NCBI RefSeq assembly: GCF_001194135.2
Contig: NC_068981.1
Coordinates: 10,983,864-11,029,311, forward strand
Direction: 5' to 3'
Length of the DNA: 45,448 nucleotides
DNA from: Octopus bimaculoides
Lineage: Eukaryota
Shown: piece after piece, positions 24,894-36,941 of the stretch
How positions within the stretch are numbered: position 1 is the first letter of the stretch
Layout: each line of letters starts with the position of its first letter
Notes under the pieces: model-generated
Databases searched by the model: none
What the model saw: the letters and a program-made list of their open reading frames with translations, nothing else
Told to the model about the DNA's origin: nothing
Position numbers and translations under genes: made by a program

Positions 24894-25297
24894 TCTTTTA
24901 CTCTTTTACTTGTTTCAGTCATTTGACTGCGGCAATGCTGGAGCACCACCTTTAGTCGAGAAAATCGACCCCAGGACTTATTCTTTGTAAGCCTAGTACT
25001 TATTCTATCGGTCTTATTTTTTGCCGAACCGCTAAGTTACGGGGACGTAAACACACCGGTATCGGTTGTCAAGCCATAAGGCGACAAACACAGACACACA
25101 AACACACATACATATATATATACATATATACGACAGGCTTCTTTCAATTTCCGTCTACCAAATCCACTCACAAGGCTTTGGTCGGCCCGAGGCTATAGTA
25201 GAAGACACCTGCCCAAGGTGCCACGCAGTGGGACTGAACCCGGAACCATATGGCTGGTAAGCAAGCTACTTACCACACAGCCACTCCTGCGCCTATA
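24892..25297 (-). mobile_element. SINE family A, full copy
   Basis: Reverse complement of the 4529-4912 pattern, with a (tactctt)n tail at 24892. Confidence 0.9.
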
Positions 25298-26650
25298 ATA
25301 GCCACTCCTAAGCTAATTAATAAGAGATCAGATTTCAAACCTTCCTGTATGCATAAAATGATTAAAACCTTTAGATATTACAATCCCTAAGTCCTCTCTT
25401 TTTAGTTATAAGCACTTCTAAACCTTCTCTCATTAGCAACTCCCACGTCAGATCCTGCCTGCAACAATTCAGACATTGAATTAACGAAGCCCGTACTCTA
25501 CCCCCAACCTGACTATGTACCTTAATTATTCAGTTTACCCTCGAATAGCTAGATTCTGACCCCATAATATACACACATATTTAATAACCCGGGATCCATA
25601 ATCCCACATTTACAGAAAAAATGTTAAACCTTTCAGTCACTGACTCGAAGCTTTCGAATGACACTACAATACACAAAAGTAACATAAAATAACACTCATC
25701 ACTGCAATGTTTTTATAATAATATTATACTAGTACCAATTAGGAGATGCAAACCCAGACTTCTTTATATTTATACACCAATACCCAATGATTAAAACACG
25801 ATTATAGTAGTAGTTTCACTATGCCATATAATTTACACTAATAGATAAATCGTAACTTCCCCAACCACAATATTCTTCTAATCAATGTACCTTTTCAAAC
25901 CACTGTTTTTTTAAATCTTTTTTTGCATTATTGTTGGTGTTGTTATTTTTTATCACTATTACATTATGTAATACAATATTACTATTATATTATATATATT
26001 CTAGTATTATTTCTACAAGTAAGGACTAATATTAAGGATAATAACTTATTAAGATGAAGAAAATTATCTGAAGATCCAGGCATAAGAATTAGGACAATGA
26101 TAATGTAGAGAAAATTTATCCGTAGCTACAAGTAATTTTGAAAATATGACGTAATGTTTCGTAAACGAAGAGAAGCAAATATGTTAAGTGCCAATTATCC
26201 AAACTATTTGCATTTAAAATACATTATGAAAAGAATATGGAAATAAAAATACTAAATGAATAATTTCAAATAAAAACACTGAAGAAATACGGAAAAAAAT
26301 ATTTACAAATCCTAATCAGTTGAGCTGCAATTTACCAGAATATATTTTAAAGTACGTCTTAAAGATGAGTGGAAAAAGAAAATATGATTTCGCAATAGAA
26401 ACAGAAATAGAAATGAAGGAGTAAGGCAGAAATTATCGAAGAAAGAAAACCGAAGAATTCGCAGAGAAACCTGAAGGCACACTCATCGTGTAGCAGAATA
26501 ATAATTCTTAGTTTATGATTCTTTGTGTTTTGTTATTGTTTTCGACTGAGACAGTTTCCTCTTATTGCTAGCTTTAACTTGCATTTAGCTAAACAGTATA
26601 ACCACCACCACCACCACCACACTACACCACCACCACCACACTACACCATA

Positions 26651-26751
26651 TGGCGTAGTGGTTAAGAGCGCGGGCTACTATCACCAAGATTCCGAGTTCG
26701 ATTCCAGGCAGTGACCTGAATAATAATAATAATAATCATAATAATAATAAT

Positions 26752-26795
<44 letters not shown>

Positions 26796-26919
26796 TAATA
26801 ACATCGAAGATTACCTTAGGTATGAGAATCCAGGTTCGAAAGTTCGAAATTCGGTATATCAGCCGAAACGTTGTGTTAACAACAAACAAGACGTCAAATG
26901 TAAATAATGTAAATAATGT
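26651..26919 (+). mobile_element. tRNA-headed SINE with internal (AAT)n and a hammerhead-like 3' half
   Basis: A box TGGCGTAGTGG at 26651, B box GTTCGATTCC at 26696-26705, (AAT)n body, then CAGCC-GAAA-CGTT-GTGT and a (tgtaaataa)n tail. Confidence 0.7.
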
Positions 26920-26924
26920 GAATA

Positions 26925-27590
26925 TTTTCTTATCATACCTAATGCGCCTATTACGAAAGGAATTGTTTCTGTTTTTAGACTCCACATTCGAGTGACCTAT
27001 ATTACCAGATCTTTGTATTTTCAAAGTTTCTCCATTTCTCTTAGGGAAATGTCATCTGTTGGTATTGATACATCAATTAGAAAGCATCTTTTCCTTGATG
27101 CTCTCTGAAAACTTTATCCGGCCTATTGACCTTAATTTCTCTATCTGTGTGTATTGGCATGTCCCATAATATGGTTGCTTTCTCGTTTTCTGTGACCTTT
27201 TCTGGCGTGTGCCTATACCATCTTTTTTCTGTTGTTATTCCATAATGTTGGAATAGCTTCCAGTGTATATAGATTCCAACTCTGTCGTGTTTGTGAATAT
27301 ATTTCTTCTTAGCCAGGAATGGGTAACCAGAGACAATATGGTTTATTGTTTCTTGTCGATCTCCACATTTTCCACAGTTACTCGTTATGTTTCTTTACGT
27401 TATATGTTTTTGTTAATTTCTGTTAGGGAGGCTTTGGTCTTGTGCAACAATTGAAAATCCTTCAGTCTCAGCTTTGAGTCCGGAGTTTCTCAGCCATTGT
27501 TGGGATTTTGCTTTGTCTATTTCTTTTGCGTTTAGTTTAGCCCAGTATTTACCATGCAGGGGTCTTTTCTTGACATCGTTTTATCATGAT
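26925..27590 (-). mobile_element. Well-preserved R4/Dong-like LINE 3' fragment
   Basis: PLHGKYW...QQWLRNSGLKAETEG...AQDQSL...ETINHIVSG...HDRVGIYIHWKL...KRWYRHTPEKV...ILWDMPIHTDREIKVNRPD...LIDVSIP...KTETIPFVIGALGMI. Confidence 0.92.
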
Positions 27591-27642
27591 CCATTACTGT
27601 TCCAGTTTTAGTTTGGATTTCAGTTGTGTTAATGCACTGGAA

Positions 27643-27780
27643 TTCTTCTTCTTCTTCTTCTTCTTCTTCTTCTTCTTCTTCTTCTTCTTCTTCTTCTTCT
27701 TCTTCTTCTTCTTCTTCTTCTTCTTCTTCTTCTTCTTCTTCTTCTTCTTCTTCTTCTTCTTCTTCTTCTTCTTCTTCTTC
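27643..27780. repeat. Perfect (TTC)46
   Basis: 138 bp, directly visible. Confidence 0.98.
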
Positions 27781-28372
27781 TCATATTTGTTGTCGTTATC
27801 ATCAGTTTTGTTAGTAAGTTTTAGTTAAAGTTATTTCGTGTCTACAAACACCTGTAGGGCGGTTTGTGGTTCTGTGGTTCCGTGTATATTCACTTTAACG
27901 TTAATCTTCTTTAAATTTGGTTTCCTCTGAAAAAAAAAAAACTATTTTATGTTGTTGAATTTTCTTTAACCAGGTTAAAATTCTTTGATGTTGCGTCAAA
28001 AGGAATTTTAACCTAAGATTTTTAAAGGAAAACTAACAACATATAATTAAAGATATCTATAAAGAGACTCAGGTGTCAACGCACATTCGCACAAACACCC
28101 TATGCATGCAGACAATATAGAATCGTTGGCACCTGTACAAATGAATCGTATGTATACACTTAGGGATGAAAATAAACAAAGTTGTAGCTAATCTCCTGGA
28201 CTAATCATAAGCAGAGTTTTTCTGTATTGATTCTTACATATAGCTGCTTAAGTTTACAAGATATAGGCTAAGACAATTCGATTCCAATGTCTTTGTATAT
28301 ATATTCACACAACCACATACATGAATATTATACGTGTGTACATATATATGAATAAACATCCATACACGCACG

Positions 28373-28407
<35 letters not shown>

Positions 28408-29775
28408 GTATACATGTATACATTGTGTAGATAGGGTTTAAATCCTAGCTTTGTCCTCTTAGAGCACATCTGTTTATTCCAGTATTCTAAATTCGTATGC
28501 GCATACAAAGTTGAAAATTCTGGGAAATATGCTTTGTAGTGTGACTATATATCAAAACAGGGGAATGGAAAACTTATTGATATTATTGATTTACCATCAC
28601 ACACGTTTCATTTACTGATACGAGTTACAATGTTATATAAGTAAGAGAAACCTGTAATTCTTCAGACAGAAAATCAAATGGTAATGGTATTATTTGATTC
28701 TCTGTCTGAACAATTTCCAATAGGACATATCTTACATGTTTCTCCTACACGTACAACTTCGAAATCCCTATTAGCACAGGAAACATGTGTAAATGTAAAT
28801 ATATAATACCAAAATGTATTTATATAACATTGTCAGTGCAAGCGCACAAATTTTACGTGTAGAATCTAATATGCCGATATTTTATATTTATAATTATATC
28901 CTTAAATATTGTATCATGGTTTAACCCTTCTTTTTCGTAGGTATATTGCTTTATTAAGGAGAGCAATTTTGCATAGAATATACTAGAGAAAATTGTAGTT
29001 CTGGTGAAGAAGGACTGGAATTTGTACGTAGTATTTACTTTGCTAACATCATCTGGTAAGGGTTGCACAAAGAATGAAAATGACAGATATTAGTAGATTA
29101 CATAAACAACTGCTGAAAAGAAAGCGCTTCCTAACAGTAGTAGAAGGAGAATAAATATCGATGCTGTCTCAGAGTCTGAAAAGAGTTAATGATAAAAATA
29201 TATTATGAATGATATACAGAGTTTTATTTGGATGCAAATGGATTATTCCACCAATCAAAGTGAATATTTTTCTAGTGCAGGATGAATTTGCACTTTATCT
29301 AGGATCAGTGCCCGCATCGAACTGAAGTATTTCGTATTTCTGAGATCACCTCGTCTTTCTCACAAAAAGCTAAAATGTGGAAAGGTTATGGCAAACATAA
29401 AGCTTTGGCATTTTGAAGAAATATTATATATTATTATATTTGAAATAATATTCGATAAGAAACCGTCTCTATATCTCACATTGACTGGATAAAGTTGTTA
29501 ATCAGTAAACAGTGAGACGCCGTTTGTATTTAATATCTTGAAATTTGAGTCTCATACTAATTGTAATCTATAATTTATGCCTTCTAGCATTTATCGCTGT
29601 TGTGTTATTGAATTTTCTTATTTCTGTCTGGTTTTCATTTTAATATATCTATATTTACAGAATCACTATGTTATGATTTGACGTAAAAGAACACAGCGCC
29701 AGTAAATATAAGCGCAGGATACTTACACGAATACACACTCACATATTCATATATGATAATATACATGTATATGAT

Positions 29776-29897
<122 letters not shown>

Positions 29898-30575
29898 GTA
29901 TGTGTGTGTGTGCGTGTGTATTTTTCAATTAAAAAATTAAAAAAATTTATCAGTGGCGAGCATATAAAATGAAACCGATTAAGGTAAACAATTATATGTA
30001 TAACTATAATAAAAGCTTAGAAAATAAATTTCTAGCCTATATGCTGAGAAATAGACACTAAATCGTCTCACTATTAAAAGAAGTTACAAACACATGTGCT
30101 GAATTCATGTGTCAAATTCAGCACATATATTTGTGACTTCTTTTAATGGTGAGACGATTTAGTGTCTTTTTCTCAGCATATAGGCTGGAAAATTTATTTT
30201 CTAAGCCTTTATTATAATTATATATATATATGTACTTTGTTAAATCCTTCGGCATCCAGCCACGGATGAGGCCAACATCAGACTGTGGTTGGTGGAGCGA
30301 ACTTACTGTGGTCTTTTTCGGGCGGCGGACTGAACACGTGCAAGGACGACATATGTATGTCAATGTGCAGTTTTATTTCAAGATTTCTTGCCAATACAGA
30401 AAGAGCCGTTCTCTAACCTAGATCCAAGTCTCCTTTATTGGAATGTAAACATCAACAACAAGGTATGTATGTATGTATGTATGTATGTATGTATGTATGT
30501 ATATATGTATGCATCTATGTATATATGCATGCATGTATATATGTATGTATGTAGACTGTGCAGCACTTCACGCTT

Positions 30576-30608
<33 letters not shown>

Positions 30609-30867
30609 GAAACAATTCCTATCATAGTAGGTGCCTTAGGTATAATAAAAAAATATTCAGACAAATACATAACAAAAACACCAGGACTTACAAATATATA
30701 TAACATACAGAAAATTGCACTACTGGGTACTGCACATATTCTACGCAAAACATTTTCAATACAGTAAATATAAGAGCACCACAGCAAACCACAGCACATA
30801 CCCAAGGCGCACAGAACTGCGCTCGGTAGTGAAGTGAAAGCACGTTATAAAAATAAAACTACTGAAC
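30609..30867 (+). mobile_element. 5'-truncated R4/Dong-like LINE (3' end only) inside (AAT)n
   Basis: Uninterrupted ETIPIIVGALGIIKK...QKIALLGTAHILRKTFSIQ* plus 3' UTR. AAT tracts at 30578-30608 and 30868-30888. Confidence 0.9.
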
Positions 30868-30888
30868 AATAATAATAATAATAATAAT

Positions 30889-31155
30889 GCTACAGAAGAG
30901 CTAGACTGATATTAACCACCGAACTCTATGCTAAAAATAAGATAAAAGGATTAACACGTTAACCATTCCAGTCATAAGTTGCAGTTTCAACTTAATAAAC
31001 TGGAAGGTTAGTGAACTGAGAAACCTAAATAGAGAAAGCAGGAACTACTATGAAATAACAACAGTCGAACTAAAAATATATTTAGAGACAAAAAAGTGGA
31101 ATACTACTATGTGTAATAAAATAAAACACACAAACACACACACACACACACACAC

Positions 31156-31202
<47 letters not shown>

Positions 31203-32445
31203 TAAACGCTTTTCCCTAAATATAAGAAGGTGACGAAATACAAAACAAAAATTAACTACTCTGGAACACTGAGCTCAGATGACAACATAGAAGAAATGGT
31301 TAGGAAAACAAGAAACATTATGGAAGCAAATCTGCAAAACTCACTAAAGAAGAAATGGAAAGAAAAATACCTCCATGGCCAATACCCTGTATGACTTGAA
31401 AGAAAAGAAAAGTGAGCCTAAGTTATGACCAACAGTTGCTCAAAGATTTTGGACTAAAAGTAGAACCGGAAGAACTATTTCTCGCTGCACAAGACCAACG
31501 CCTGTCCACAAACAACTATAAAAGCAACGCAATGAAAACAGGCCTTAACACCAAATGCAGAATGAGCAATCACTACAATGAGACAGCTTACCTATACAAT
31601 GAGACACCATCTCTAGTTATCCTGCCCTTTTCCAATTCTGAATATCTACGCAGGCATGACCGAGTAAGTAGTTATATTCACTGAAAAATATGCCAACAGT
31701 GTAACATGAAAACGAAGAAGAAATAGTATAAACATGTGACAAACGAGGTACATGACAACGACCAGGCCACACACATCTGGGATATGCCTGTTCAAACTGA
31801 CAAAGAAATAAAAGCTAATCGCCCTGACATAATAATCAAGGATTGGAAAAAGCAAAAACATCTTACTGATAGACACTGTAGTCCCTTCTGACTAAAATAT
31901 TTCCCAATGAGAAGTGGGGAAATTATCAAAGTACAACGACATCAAAATTGAAATATTCAAGAAGCAGGGCATTCAAGATTGGAGCAATGGGTATGATAAG
32001 AAATCTTTCGATCAAAATCGTAGAAGCACTACCTGAACCCTCAGCACTACACACTATCGAAAAACAGCCCTGATAGGAAGAGCCCACCTCCTATGTGAAA
32101 CACTATCAGGTCAATAGTACAACTTATAATAAAACAATCCACAAACACAAGACGCACTCCACACAGTAAATATGCGATAAACTAAACACCCCTCACAACA
32201 TGCACTCTACAAGTCGGAAACCTAACAGAACACAACTTACATTACTCACACAATGTAAACAATAATACAGTAATACAATGCAACCAAGCCCCATTGCAAA
32301 ACAAACTGACGTGATACAATACCGGGAAGAGTTTGCATTCCCCCCCCCCCCAAAAAAAACGAACGCAAAATACTGCACAGACCTCAGCAGTACGGAAGCT
32401 TAGGCGGTGATGCAGTAGAAATTTGTCTGAAGGAATCAAATATTG
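30889..32445 (+). mobile_element. 5'-truncated decayed R4/Dong-like LINE
   Basis: YRRARLILTTELYAKNKI, KKWKEKYLHGQYP, LAAQDQ, KCRM, RRHDRV, WDMPVQTDKEIKANRPDII, TALIGRAHLL. Interrupted by (CA)n at about 31128-31196; ends in (AAT)n at 32446. Confidence 0.88.
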
Positions 32446-32629
32446 AATAATAATAATGATGATAATGATGATGATTATGGTACTAATAATAACAATAATG
32501 ATATATGGATATCTCCTTTTCCTCTTTTTCTCTCTCTCTCACTCCCTCTCTCTATATATATTTACATATATACATATATACATAAATATATATATTTATA
32601 TACATGCATATCTAATGCATCAACCTGCA

Positions 32630-32985
32630 TGTGGTGCTGTTTATAACCCCGCTAAAATTTTTGTTGAGGGAAAGTTACTTGAGGTTGTCGATTCGTTTGT
32701 CTACCTTGGAAGTTCTGTTCAAAATGATGGAAATCTTCGATACAGAAATACAGCTGCGAATTCAAAGGGCAGCAAAAGCATTTGGTAGCTTGGAGTCACG
32801 CGTTTGGTACCAGCTACATATAAATAAGAATACAAAGCTGGCTCTTTACAAATCATTTGTCTTACCAACCCTGGACATGTTATGAAACTTGGACATGTTA
32901 TGAAAGGTATTTTAAATTGTTAGAACAATTCTACCAACACTGCCTTCATCGCATTTTAAGATTTAAATGGAGCACAATAATAAAC
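32630..32985 (+). mobile_element. RTE-clade (BovB-like) LINE fragment 1
   Basis: LEVVDSFVYLGS...EIQLRIQRAAKAFGSL...TKLALYKSFVLPTL...ETWT...LEQF.QHCL.RIL..KW, a typical post-RT region of RTE elements. Confidence 0.88.
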
Positions 32986-34431
32986 ACTTGTTCGGCTGGT
33001 GCAGTTAGGGATTGAAACAGGTTTGCAGTGTCAACCTGTTCGCCACTTGTTTTTCACTTACAGCTGTCACGTGATATGTGTATAAGAAGATTCATTAATT
33101 TCCAATAATGACAATGTCAATTACAATTATATTCAATTTCATTTTCACGTGTTATTATTGGTTTCGTATAAAAACGTTTTAGATGATTTCCCAGGTCTCT
33201 TTCTGCAATGTATCCATTGGTTTCTCAGTTACTAGGCGGAATTAATTTTTCTTGAAAGTGGTGTGAATAGCGATACTGTGAGAGATGTTAAAAGTTTTAT
33301 TTCTTTCTTTTTTTTTTTTTGATGAACGTTACATACGTTGTTTGATATTTGGAACATTGTTAAAGTGTGTAATGTTGGCTACATTAATAACATTAACTGA
33401 ATATTTTATATTTCTTTTTTGTTTTATCGGGAAAATTAGAATGATAGGAACAATAGTGAACCACTGAAATAAAGTCGTCTGAAGTCCTGCAATGCGAAGA
33501 AATTGGTGATGGTTTCCGTCGGCCAAAGGAAGTCAATTAAATTTCACATATAACTCTACAGGAGATTTGTTAGTTTGCTATGAGGAAGATAGTGTTTCAT
33601 TGTAGAGAAATTAGCATGATCGCTACGTCCAATAAAAAGCGAGAAAACATTTTAATATTTAATCCTTTCCTAAATTTCTATCGGCGAAGTGCTGCAGAGT
33701 TTCTATTAAAATATATCAATCTAATAAACAAATGCAATTTATCTCTAGAAGTGTGAACCTTCCTTTTAGTATACTTACGTTTTAGATTAAACCGTTAGGT
33801 GAGTAAAGAGCGGTGTATCGATTAATGAATGACACGTCTATTAGTCTGTCTGCGTTTTGTTATATTTGTCTGGATTCATTTAGTTGTATAGATGTCCAGT
33901 TATCTAAATTATATATCTTGTGTGTCTATAAACGGGTATTTACATATATATGTGTATGCATACATACATATATGTGTGCGTTTATTATGTCGATGTATGG
34001 ATAGATATATGCTTATATACGTAAATCTTTGAGTGTAGCTTCTCTCCTTCAAACCGTATTATATTATTTGCAAACATGGTTCTGAATGTAGTCAACTCTT
34101 TATGTATTTAAGTGTTGTCCAAAATAAACACACTTCATTTTAAAGATTCCAAGTAAGATAAACGATGCTGCAATGGAACTCAGCATTGTTTTCTTATAAC
34201 AAAAAACAATTGTTCGCTAATAATGGTGTTTACGTAACTCGTGTACTTTTGTCATGAATGCTCGAAATGAGTAGTAGATAGACAGCCGATAACTGATGAA
34301 GAGTCGTTCTCCTTGTTACTTGTCCTGTTTTCCATTTTTACTCTTGTTGTTTGCGTACTTAACTCGTTTATTTTCTTACTCCATCTTGTTTACTTAGTTG
34401 ATGACGTCCTTTACCCATATATATATATAGG

Positions 34432-34510
34432 GTAAAGGACGCCATATTGTTTGAATGGCAGATGAACGCATGCCGAAACAGCTGTTTTATGAGCTTTCAG
34501 AGGGGAAATG
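34432..34510 (+). mobile_element. RTE-clade LINE fragment 2
   Basis: GRHIV*MADERMPKQLFYELSEGK matches the RTE GH..RM...R.PKQL.Y.EL..GKR motif. Confidence 0.8.
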
Positions 34511-34545
<35 letters not shown>

Positions 34546-34986
34546 CACACACGCAGCATATTGGCCCGGTCGTTAGAACGAGGGTAGACCACTTTATTCC
34601 CGATCTCTCTTCTCTTGACCCCAAATATTCCAGCATCTAATTTACTTTTATTTTTCTGTGGATGAATAAAATAAATTATCAAACCAAAATATAGATTAGT
34701 GGAATTGCCAAAGCATCATAAAGATCCTCGTGCATTTGTTCTAGTTCTTATTGTGTAGAATTTTTTCGAAGGATGATTTCATTCGTCCACTTGTTTGACA
34801 ACAATACTTGGTTACTGAGTGGATTTAGCGGAGACTAGCAGGCATTCGGAGTTAATTCTACATTCACTCTCAGCAAGCCTGTTAAAGGATTAAATGTACT
34901 GTTCTTCTCTATCTGTTTGTGAGTATAAAAATATATATAAATATACGTGTGTTTTTGTGTGTGTGTATGTATATGCGTATCTATAT

Positions 34987-35369
34987 CTGTATTGAGAAGT
35001 AATGTTTATCGCCACTTCAGCATGGCTGTTCCGTAGGAACCGACGTTACTACCGGTTTAACCCCAGGAAGACGCCTCCTCCAGATGGTTATTCAATGCAA
35101 TACGCACACGACATATATTGCAAGTATACTCTAGCGGACGAATCTCCACCACCAAGAATGAGCACAAATAGGTCGAAACCGTACAGTCTGGTGGTCTCGT
35201 GGTTGAAAGATGGTAAGGATTCACTCCCCTGCTTGCAATGTATATCGAGCGCAGATTGCATCATATAATTACATGAAAGAGGCGTCTTCCTGGGTTTAAA
35301 ATGGTAGTAACTTCGGCTCTTAAGAAACAGCCATGTTGAAGTGGTGATATCCATTATTTCTCAGTATAG
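34987..35369. mobile_element. Family D inverted (fold-back) pair with a central decayed hammerhead
   Basis: Arms at 34987-35124 and 35232-35369. The block cccaggaagacgcctc (35062-35077) is the exact reverse complement of 35279-35294. Confidence 0.8.
35148..35195 (+). ncRNA. Decayed hammerhead-like motif
   Basis: ACCACCA-(AGAAUGA)-GCACAAAUAGGUC-GAAAC-CGUACA-GUC/UGGUGGU. Stem I is a perfect 7 bp; the CUGANGA core has three substitutions. Confidence 0.5.
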
Positions 35370-35499
35370 TTACTGCTTTCATCACTTAGTGAGATGATTT
35401 TCTAAGATGATTTTCTAAGAAGCCAATCTATCTAGAAATATGTATAACTGCCAGGATATTTTCGACTCCATCCACATAATATATTATGATGATGTTGAC

Positions 35500-35755
35500 A
35501 ATCATGGTCTCTTGTTGTCCGAGGAAGACGGTTCTGAATTTTTTGCTGAACGACCTGCACAAATAATTTATTTATAGTGATGAAATATATGTGCTGTATA
35601 TTACCTCACGCCCTCCATCATATCCACATTGCCTGAACAGGAGCATGGTGTGCCACGTGCCAGGCGTCGAAGTGGTCGCAGATGGACGTGAGGTGAAGTA
35701 TTTTGCTCGAGAATACAACACACAACTCAGTCTAAGAATTGAAACCACGATCATA
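35500..35755 (-). mobile_element. SINE family C variant
   Basis: Reverse complement ctcgagcaaaatacttcacctcacgtccatctgcgaccacttcgac...gatggagggcgtgag matches 14670-14780. Confidence 0.75.
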
Positions 35756-36404
35756 ACAACAACAACAGCAACAGCAACAGCAACGACAGCAACAAGCCAA
35801 AGAAAAAAGAATGAAGATAAGATGTCAGATGCGTTTGTTTATATTCATTAAGGTGAGATCGAACCTGGAAGTTATTGACTATCAAGAATCAATAAGAGTA
35901 ATTTGCAGGGATTGTTGTATGTTAATTCGTTTAGAATAGGGCGTAGTTAGCTAGAAATGTTAACTGACAGGTAGAGGAAAATAGGGAGAAAATGAAGATG
36001 TGTGGGAGGAAGTGAATGAATGAGAGAAGTAGGTAGAAGGAGGGGGTCAAAGAAAGGGAATGAACATGATGGATGCTTATTGTCATATGAGGAAAAGAGA
36101 TGGCAGGGGAGACGGAAATGCATTGATGTGCAACAACGTTTTATTTATAACTTCGGCGAGGCAAGCTGTAATGGTCAGCGTTTTAAAGTGTGATAGGCAG
36201 ATACGTGTATATAAAGGAAAAATAAAAAAATAAAAAAAATAGGAAGAGGGAGATAGAGATAGAGATAGAAAGAGAGAGGGGGGAAGAAGAGAGAGTAACA
36301 AACACATGAAAAGAGAAAAGAGAGGAAATGAGTTACAAAGATTGTAAAGAAATAGAAAGATAGTTAAATAGATAAATTGATTATAATATGTGGTGAAGTA
36401 GCAG

Positions 36405-36720
36405 TTGGCTCTCGGTCATGTAGTGGATCAAAGAGGCGATGCAAAGACTCTGAAGACGACCTTGAGGGAGTGAAGGAGTACAACGCAGAACAGTCTACTT
36501 GGGAACATATTGATCAAAATAGCTCAGAGTGGCGTAGTGCTTTGTACTCTGCAGTAAAATACACAGAATCATAAATAACCAGAGAAACTACAGAGAAAAG
36601 GGCTTCACGGAAAGGAAGATTTCCAACGAGTCCTGATTCTCATATTCCTTGACCCCACTATAACTGAGGATTTTGTACCAATACTGACCTCAAAAGCCAC
36701 TTGAGGACTCACAAAGAATA
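36405..36720 (+). mobile_element. RTE-clade LINE fragment 3 (3' end with C2H2 finger remnant)
   Basis: SKRRCKD...TWE...SEWRSAL...KRASRK...(C)PH(C)...DLKSHLRTHKE*. Confidence 0.8.
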
Positions 36721-36802
36721 AAGCTGCCAGTCTAGTTATCTTCAGAAGCATGAAGGGTGAATTTTAGTCCGTTTTAAATTCATGCATACACGCATATATT
36801 AG

Positions 36803-36941
36803 TTTCAAATTTTGGCACAAGGCCAGCAACTTTGGCGGAGAGAGGGGGAAGTCGATTACATCGACTCCCAGTACTCATCTAGTACTTCTTTTATCGACCC
36901 CAAAAAGATGGAAGGTAAACTCGACTTCGGTGGAATTTGAA
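36803..36941 (-). mobile_element. SINE family B fragment
   Basis: ggcacaaggccagc...gtcgattacatcgac...tttatcgaccc...ggtggaatttgaac. Confidence 0.8.

Noticed and set aside
26651-26720. Functional tRNA gene
   Set aside because: It has A and B boxes but no proper acceptor stem, and it continues into a SINE body and tail.
28640-29330. Possible exon or hAT transposase remnant (TENQMVMVLFDSL..., YCFIKESNFA)
   Set aside because: Only short, weak resemblances with many stops and no convincing splice-site pair; a profile search would be needed.
34255-34312. gctcgaaatgag and ctgatgaagag hammerhead-like words
   Set aside because: The core halves are in the wrong order for one motif and the stems cannot be completed.
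35591-35851. GC-richer ORF that looked like an exon
   Set aside because: It is explained by a minus-strand SINE homologous to 14583-14810.
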